A stretch of DNA of 64,000 bases from Desulfurococcaceae archaeon (GTDB lineage Archaea; Thermoproteota; Thermoprotei_A; Sulfolobales; Desulfurococcaceae). How positions within the stretch are numbered: the stretch's first letter is position 1; each line of letters opens with the position of its first letter. The notes beneath the pieces were generated by a model. The model saw only the letters and a list, made by a program, of their open reading frames with translations, was not told the origin of the DNA and searched no databases. The position numbers were made by a program, and so were the translations under genes. Location of the stretch: the NCBI GenBank assembly GCA_038888155.1, contig JAWAJB010000001.1:64001-128000 (forward strand). Direction: 5' to 3'. Shown piece by piece: positions 59,693 to 64,000 of this stretch.

Positions 59693-59967
59693 AGATCCTA
59701 GAAGTTAAATTTTGCTAGAGCTGATCTTGTGAACTGCGTATCAATTTAAATACAACAAACGCTCTTCAGCCTGAATTCTACCTAAGAGGTTATTGACATC
59801 TCTGTGATAACCCATAAGGTAATTCTCGACCACTACAGTTGTCCAACATAATGTGGAAGTTTTACAAGAGGATTAAGATAGGCTATTTTCTCTGCCGTTA
59901 AACTCGATTAAAGCTGTACATGAACATAGGTCTTAGAGATGTTTACGATCGTTAGATGACAAAAATC

Positions 59968-60552
59968 TTAAAGTAAGCGCTCGCTCGACGACATTGCCGA
60001 GCTTATAATTAAGTGGAAGTAAATCGGTATCACTATTGCTATAGAGATGAGCTCGGGAACCGCAGCTCCTTTTGGAGTTCTGAACGTAAAATGAAGCGTC
60101 CACGTTGTAGCACTTAAAATAACTAGCCATAATACTAGCGCAGTAAAGTACTTGTTCCTTAGCTTGGTTGCATATAAAATCGAAAACAGGAGTATTAGTA
60201 CGAAAAATACAACAGAAGCTATGAAGTGAAGATACCCGTATGCCTCGTTGAAGACTGCCACGAGAATTAATGAGTAACCAGCGGCAAATAGCAATACACC
60301 AAAAAGGCGATTAACTGAGTGCAGGCATTTACATGCAGAGACTGCGATTAACAAGCCGCCTAAGGACAGACCTAAATTAAATATAGGTGAAATGCCGCTC
60401 TTGGTGGGATGACCTAGATCGCTTAATGCGTTTTCCCAGAGGTCAAACCAGCCAGAGAGAGCAATAGACAAGCAAATTGAGAGCAAAGGCGCCAAGACTG
60501 ATGCTATGGATATAATAATACAAGTTTTATGTTTCATAGCCTTCATCTCCAA
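59968..60552 (-). CDS. DUF998-like membrane protein
   Basis: WF....NALSDLG, FNLGL, LVAVF.E....LH...S..FF, A.PE; about five TM helices. Confidence 0.75.
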   Translation of the reverse strand: MEMKAMKHKTCIIISIASVLAPLLSICLSIALSGWFDLWENALSDLGHPTKSGISPIFNLGLSLGGLLIAVSACKCLHSVNRLFGVLLFAAGYSLILVAVFNEAYGYLHFIASVVFFVLILLFSILYATKLRNKYFTALVLWLVILSATTWTLHFTFRTPKGAAVPELISIAIVIPIYFHLIISSAMSSSERLL

Positions 60553-60557
60553 CTTAT

Positions 60558-61310
60558 TTACTTTATATCAACGCTTTCTATATCTAAGACCTGTTTTAGT
60601 TCGCCCAAGAGAGCATTAACTTTATCGCTGAGTGCATCTCTAGATGGTAATGAAATAACTATGCTTAGTCTCACGGGAGTTGATGCATGGGTCTTAAAAT
60701 AATACTCTGAGTATTTTTGTTTTAGAGAAGATATCAAAGAATCGACCTCAGACTCCCTTCTGTGTTTTGTTACGATATCTATTGTTACTGTATAATACTT
60801 GGCCCTGCAACTCAATATTGGGCTTATCTCGCTCTCAAAAATGCTCTTCATTTCGGCTGGGACGCCGGGCAAAAAGAATACATCCTTGTTGTTTACCTGC
60901 AAGTATACCCCAGGTGAAATGCCCACGTGATTTTTAAGCGGTTTGCTACCTTCAGGTAAATATGCTGCCTTTATTTGGTATGAAACGCCTCTACTCAACT
61001 TTGCTCTGATCATATCTAATGCTTCCTCGTTGAGAATCAACTTAAGCCCAAGGGCTCTAGCAGATGCCTCTAGTGTTATGTCGTCTGCTGTGAACCCCAA
61101 TCCACCGCTGACTATAACTGCATCAGATACCTCGAGAGCAGATCTTAATGCCCATGATATGTCTTCAAAACTGTCTGGAACTACGATTATTCTCACTACG
61201 TTGAAGCCAAGCTCTGTTACTCTCTTCGATAGCCAGTGCGAGTTTGTATCCTGAGTTATTCCCTTTAAGACCTCTGAGCCGACTATAATAATTGAGGCGC
61301 TGTAGGGCAT
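60558..61310 (-). CDS. CinA N-terminal-like (COG1058) molybdopterin-binding-fold protein
   Basis: VGSEVLKG..QDTNS, VPD, SGGLGFTADDIT, N.VG.SPG, LPGVPAEM. Confidence 0.88.
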   Translation of the reverse strand: MPYSASIIIVGSEVLKGITQDTNSHWLSKRVTELGFNVVRIIVVPDSFEDISWALRSALEVSDAVIVSGGLGFTADDITLEASARALGLKLILNEEALDMIRAKLSRGVSYQIKAAYLPEGSKPLKNHVGISPGVYLQVNNKDVFFLPGVPAEMKSIFESEISPILSCRAKYYTVTIDIVTKHRRESEVDSLISSLKQKYSEYYFKTHASTPVRLSIVISLPSRDALSDKVNALLGELKQVLDIESVDIK

Positions 61311-61362
61311 AACAATACCATTATTTAGTGTCTAAATTACTATACATTTTTTGCACCTAAAT

Positions 61363-62397
61363 TTAGTGAGCACGTTTATTGAAACCTGGAGGTCTAGTCA
61401 ACAGCACCTCTCTATTAATGAGGTATGGAGGAACTTTTCCTTCAGAGAACGCTATAAGGTTCTCAGCTGCAAGCTCAGCAACGCGGTGCCTAGTCTCGTG
61501 AGTTGCCGATCCTATGTGAGGAGTAAGCACAACGTTTTTAAGTGTTGCTAGCGGGTGGTTTGCATATAATGGTTCATTCTCAAATACATCTAGGCCCGCT
61601 CCAGCTATCCAGCCCTCTTTGAGCGCTTTAACTAATGCCTCCGTGTCTACAACTGCCCCTCGCGCTACGTTGACTAATATAGCTGTTCGCTTCATTTTTC
61701 TGAGCCTATTTTCATCTATCATGTGGTACGTCTCCTTTGTTAGCGGGACGTGTAGCGCGACAATATCCGCCTCTTCGAGGAGCTTATCGATGTCTCTGAA
61801 CTCGGCTTTTAGCTCATCCTCGATAATAGGATTCCTGGACCTACTATTGTATATAACTTTCATGCCAAAACCCCTAGCACCTATCTCAGCAACTCTAAAT
61901 CCAATCCTGCCCGCGCCTACGACGCCTAATACCTTCCCCTTTAGTTCTATGCCTAACATCATTTTTGGATGCCAAGCCGTATTTGTTGCCTCCCACTCAC
62001 CAGATCTCACGAAGTAATCTGCCTCAACTATTCTTCGTGCAACTGCAAGTATTAGCGCCCATGTAAGCTCGGCGGTAGCGTCGGTGAGGACCCCTGGTGT
62101 ATTTGTGACGTATATACCCAACCTAGTAGCACAGCTGACATCAATGTTATCGTAACCGACCGCTAGCTGAGATACTATACGAAGGTTTGTAGCGCTTGAA
62201 AGCAAATTGCAATCTATTTTATCACTCAAGAGGCTGAGAATGGCGTCAACTTCTTTGGCTTTTTCCACGAGCTTTTCATAGGGCGGAGACTGATACTTGT
62301 TCCATACTTCTACGTCATAATACATTGACAGCCTCTCTATAACATCCTCCCATAATTCCCTTGAGATAAACAGCTTTGGCTTGGACATGGCGTCCAC
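61363..62397 (-). CDS. gyaR: Glyoxylate reductase (D-2-hydroxyacid dehydrogenase)
   Basis: [54 protein letters not shown]; likely start ATG 62388. Confidence 0.88.
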   Translation of the reverse strand: MDAMSKPKLFISRELWEDVIERLSMYYDVEVWNKYQSPPYEKLVEKAKEVDAILSLLSDKIDCNLLSSATNLRIVSQLAVGYDNIDVSCATRLGIYVTNTPGVLTDATAELTWALILAVARRIVEADYFVRSGEWEATNTAWHPKMMLGIELKGKVLGVVGAGRIGFRVAEIGARGFGMKVIYNSRSRNPIIEDELKAEFRDIDKLLEEADIVALHVPLTKETYHMIDENRLRKMKRTAILVNVARGAVVDTEALVKALKEGWIAGAGLDVFENEPLYANHPLATLKNVVLTPHIGSATHETRHRVAELAAENLIAFSEGKVPPYLINREVLLTRPPGFNKRAH

Positions 62398-62482
62398 TTT
62401 CCATTTATAATAAATAAGTGCCCGGTAATTAATAGATTTAAAAGACGCGAAAGACTAGGAACCGAGGATTAAATGTTCGTAA

Positions 62483-63052
62483 TTAAAACCTTTCACCCTG
62501 TGCTCTAACCTGTAGTTTCCAAAGAGTCTTTAACCTCTCAACTGCGTTTATTTTCACGATGAAGTCGGCAACTGGCTCCGGCACAAGGTGTTCCCACTTC
62601 ATGTCCTCTGCAATAAACCTCCTAATAATGGAACCACTTACGTTTGGCAGTTCGGGGGTTTTAAAGACACGAAATCCGTGAGCCTCGAACAAAGTCCTAG
62701 TAAATTCGTTATTGCTGAACACTGCAACAACCCTAGGCGTGTACGAGAGAAGGTATCTTGGCCACTCATAGTTGTTTGTAATGTTATCAACGGGAACGAT
62801 GTAGGACTTGGTGTATAGGTCGCCGAGTCCTATCCTGATCATCTCAACTCTCTCCCCAGCAGTAAAAGGGTTATCAATGGTGTAGTTGTACTGGGCGGCA
62901 GCAATAGCAATTACGACCTCAGCGTATTCCCCTAGTATATGCTTCACAGCGTGCAAGTGTCCATTATGAAATGGCTGAAACCTCCCAATAAAGAGGGCTC
63001 TATTAACTATGGTCCCACCAGTACTATACTTAGAGTTGCTTCCTTTAATCAA
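62483..63052 (-). CDS. nadM: Nicotinamide-nucleotide adenylyltransferase
   Basis: RALFIGRFQPFHNGH, NPFTAGER, SGS.IR, WE.LVP. Start uncertain: TTG 63052 or ATA 63010. Confidence 0.92.
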   Translation of the reverse strand: MIKGSNSKYSTGGTIVNRALFIGRFQPFHNGHLHAVKHILGEYAEVVIAIAAAQYNYTIDNPFTAGERVEMIRIGLGDLYTKSYIVPVDNITNNYEWPRYLLSYTPRVVAVFSNNEFTRTLFEAHGFRVFKTPELPNVSGSIIRRFIAEDMKWEHLVPEPVADFIVKINAVERLKTLWKLQVRAQGERF

Positions 63053-63497
63053 TTTCTAGTAGCTTGTTAAAGTTCACTCAAATTTAGCACTAAATTTAGC
63101 GCGTAAAGGTACTTGATAGCCCTCGAGGAAACTGTAATTAAGCAACAGACGCATAGGAGCGAGCTTCCCAGTGCATGTGAGTACCAAGTAGTCAACCCTC
63201 CAAGTAAATTTACCACTATTAAATTGAGAGAGACGTTACCTAGATGAATAGCAGGCAATATTGGGATGGCTTGTAAAGTCCACCGTTCGCGTTGTGATTT
63301 CTGCAAAGTTGTTCTCACGGGATTTTTTTACAGCAGAAGGTAGCCAACGAGTTGCTCAAGCTAGTATAATAGAGACGTGGAAATAAGAGGTAGCGCTGGT
63401 CGCAATCATAACTCGCGCCGCGTCACTCTAAGTTTTTAAGCGAGCCGCGTTTACTATGTATTATAGTATTCAAAGAGAAGCGTGTGGGCGATGATCT

Positions 63498-64000
63498 ATG
63501 AATAGTAGAGGGTTTTTAATAGCATTAGTGACTCTGCTTGTAGCTATTGGAATAGCTTTTTTGCCGCCACCAGAGGGATTATCGCAGAAATCTATGGCTA
63601 TGATTGGAATAACTGCCTTGGCACTTGTTTACTGGTCTACTGAGTGCTTCCCAATACCACTTACCGGAATAATGATTATACTGCTAATAGCCGTTTTTGG
63701 TATAATGCCCCTAAACACAGCTCTCTCCTACATTTCATCTGATGTAAATATACTAATACTAGCAGGGCTTGTGCTCGCTATTGCTTTATCAAAACACGGC
63801 GTTGATAGGTACTTGAGTTTAAGGCTACTGCAAGTTATGGGAGAGAGAGCAGATAGAATTGCGCTCGGCATGATGCTATCAGTTTCGCTTTTATCTATGT
63901 GGATACCCAACACTGCTGCAGCTGCTATTATGGCTCCTGTTGCTGTCGGCATATTAAATCTCATAGGCGCTAAGAAAGGGGAAAGCAACTTGGGTAAGGC
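63498..64000 (+). CDS. SLC13/DASS family anion transporter, 3'-truncated by the window edge
   Basis: Not in the ORF track. My translation: MNSRGFLIALV...PPPEGLS...YWSTECFPIPLTG...LSMWIPNTAAAAIMAPVA, with a DASS-like (S/P)NTA motif. Confidence 0.88.
   Translation, partial: MNSRGFLIALVTLLVAIGIAFLPPPEGLSQKSMAMIGITALALVYWSTECFPIPLTGIMIILLIAVFGIMPLNTALSYISSDVNILILAGLVLAIALSKHGVDRYLSLRLLQVMGERADRIALGMMLSVSLLSMWIPNTAAAAIMAPVAVGILNLIGAKKGESNLGK

Noticed and set aside
1-64000. CRISPR arrays, tRNA/rRNA genes, IS elements, integrases, inteins
   Set aside because: No regularly spaced repeats, cloverleaf-like GC-rich segments, transposase/integrase motifs or intein-like insertions were seen by eye. A tRNAscan/Infernal run would be needed to exclude small RNAs fully.

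Overview
A gene-dense stretch of core archaeal chromosome. The gene set, GGTGA/GGAGG Shine-Dalgarno motifs and many TTG/GTG starts point to a hyperthermophilic heterotrophic crenarchaeon, probably Desulfurococcales (inference). It encodes two tungsten-type aldehyde:ferredoxin oxidoreductases (AOR-like plus a MoaD protein, and a two-subunit WOR5/GOR-like enzyme), a full glycine-cleavage/SHMT cluster, a stomatin-NfeD pair, and a translationally coupled mre11-nurA-herA-rad50 operon in non-canonical order. Also present: IleRS, LeuRS, PEP synthase, PINA-Hjc, a biotin-dependent acyl-CoA carboxylase split over three transcription units and linked to a thiolase, a bacterial-type SpeA arginine decarboxylase, Tyw1 and an NAD-salvage cluster. 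Absent from the ORF track: two candidate box C/D sRNAs (55529-55577 +, 52631-52690 -), a DASS transporter running off the right edge, and probable non-canonical start codons (ATT for ppsA, ATA for nadM). I saw no rRNA, tRNA, CRISPR array, transposase or integrase. All calls come from motif recognition by eye; no searches were run, and I cannot claim a demonstrably new system.
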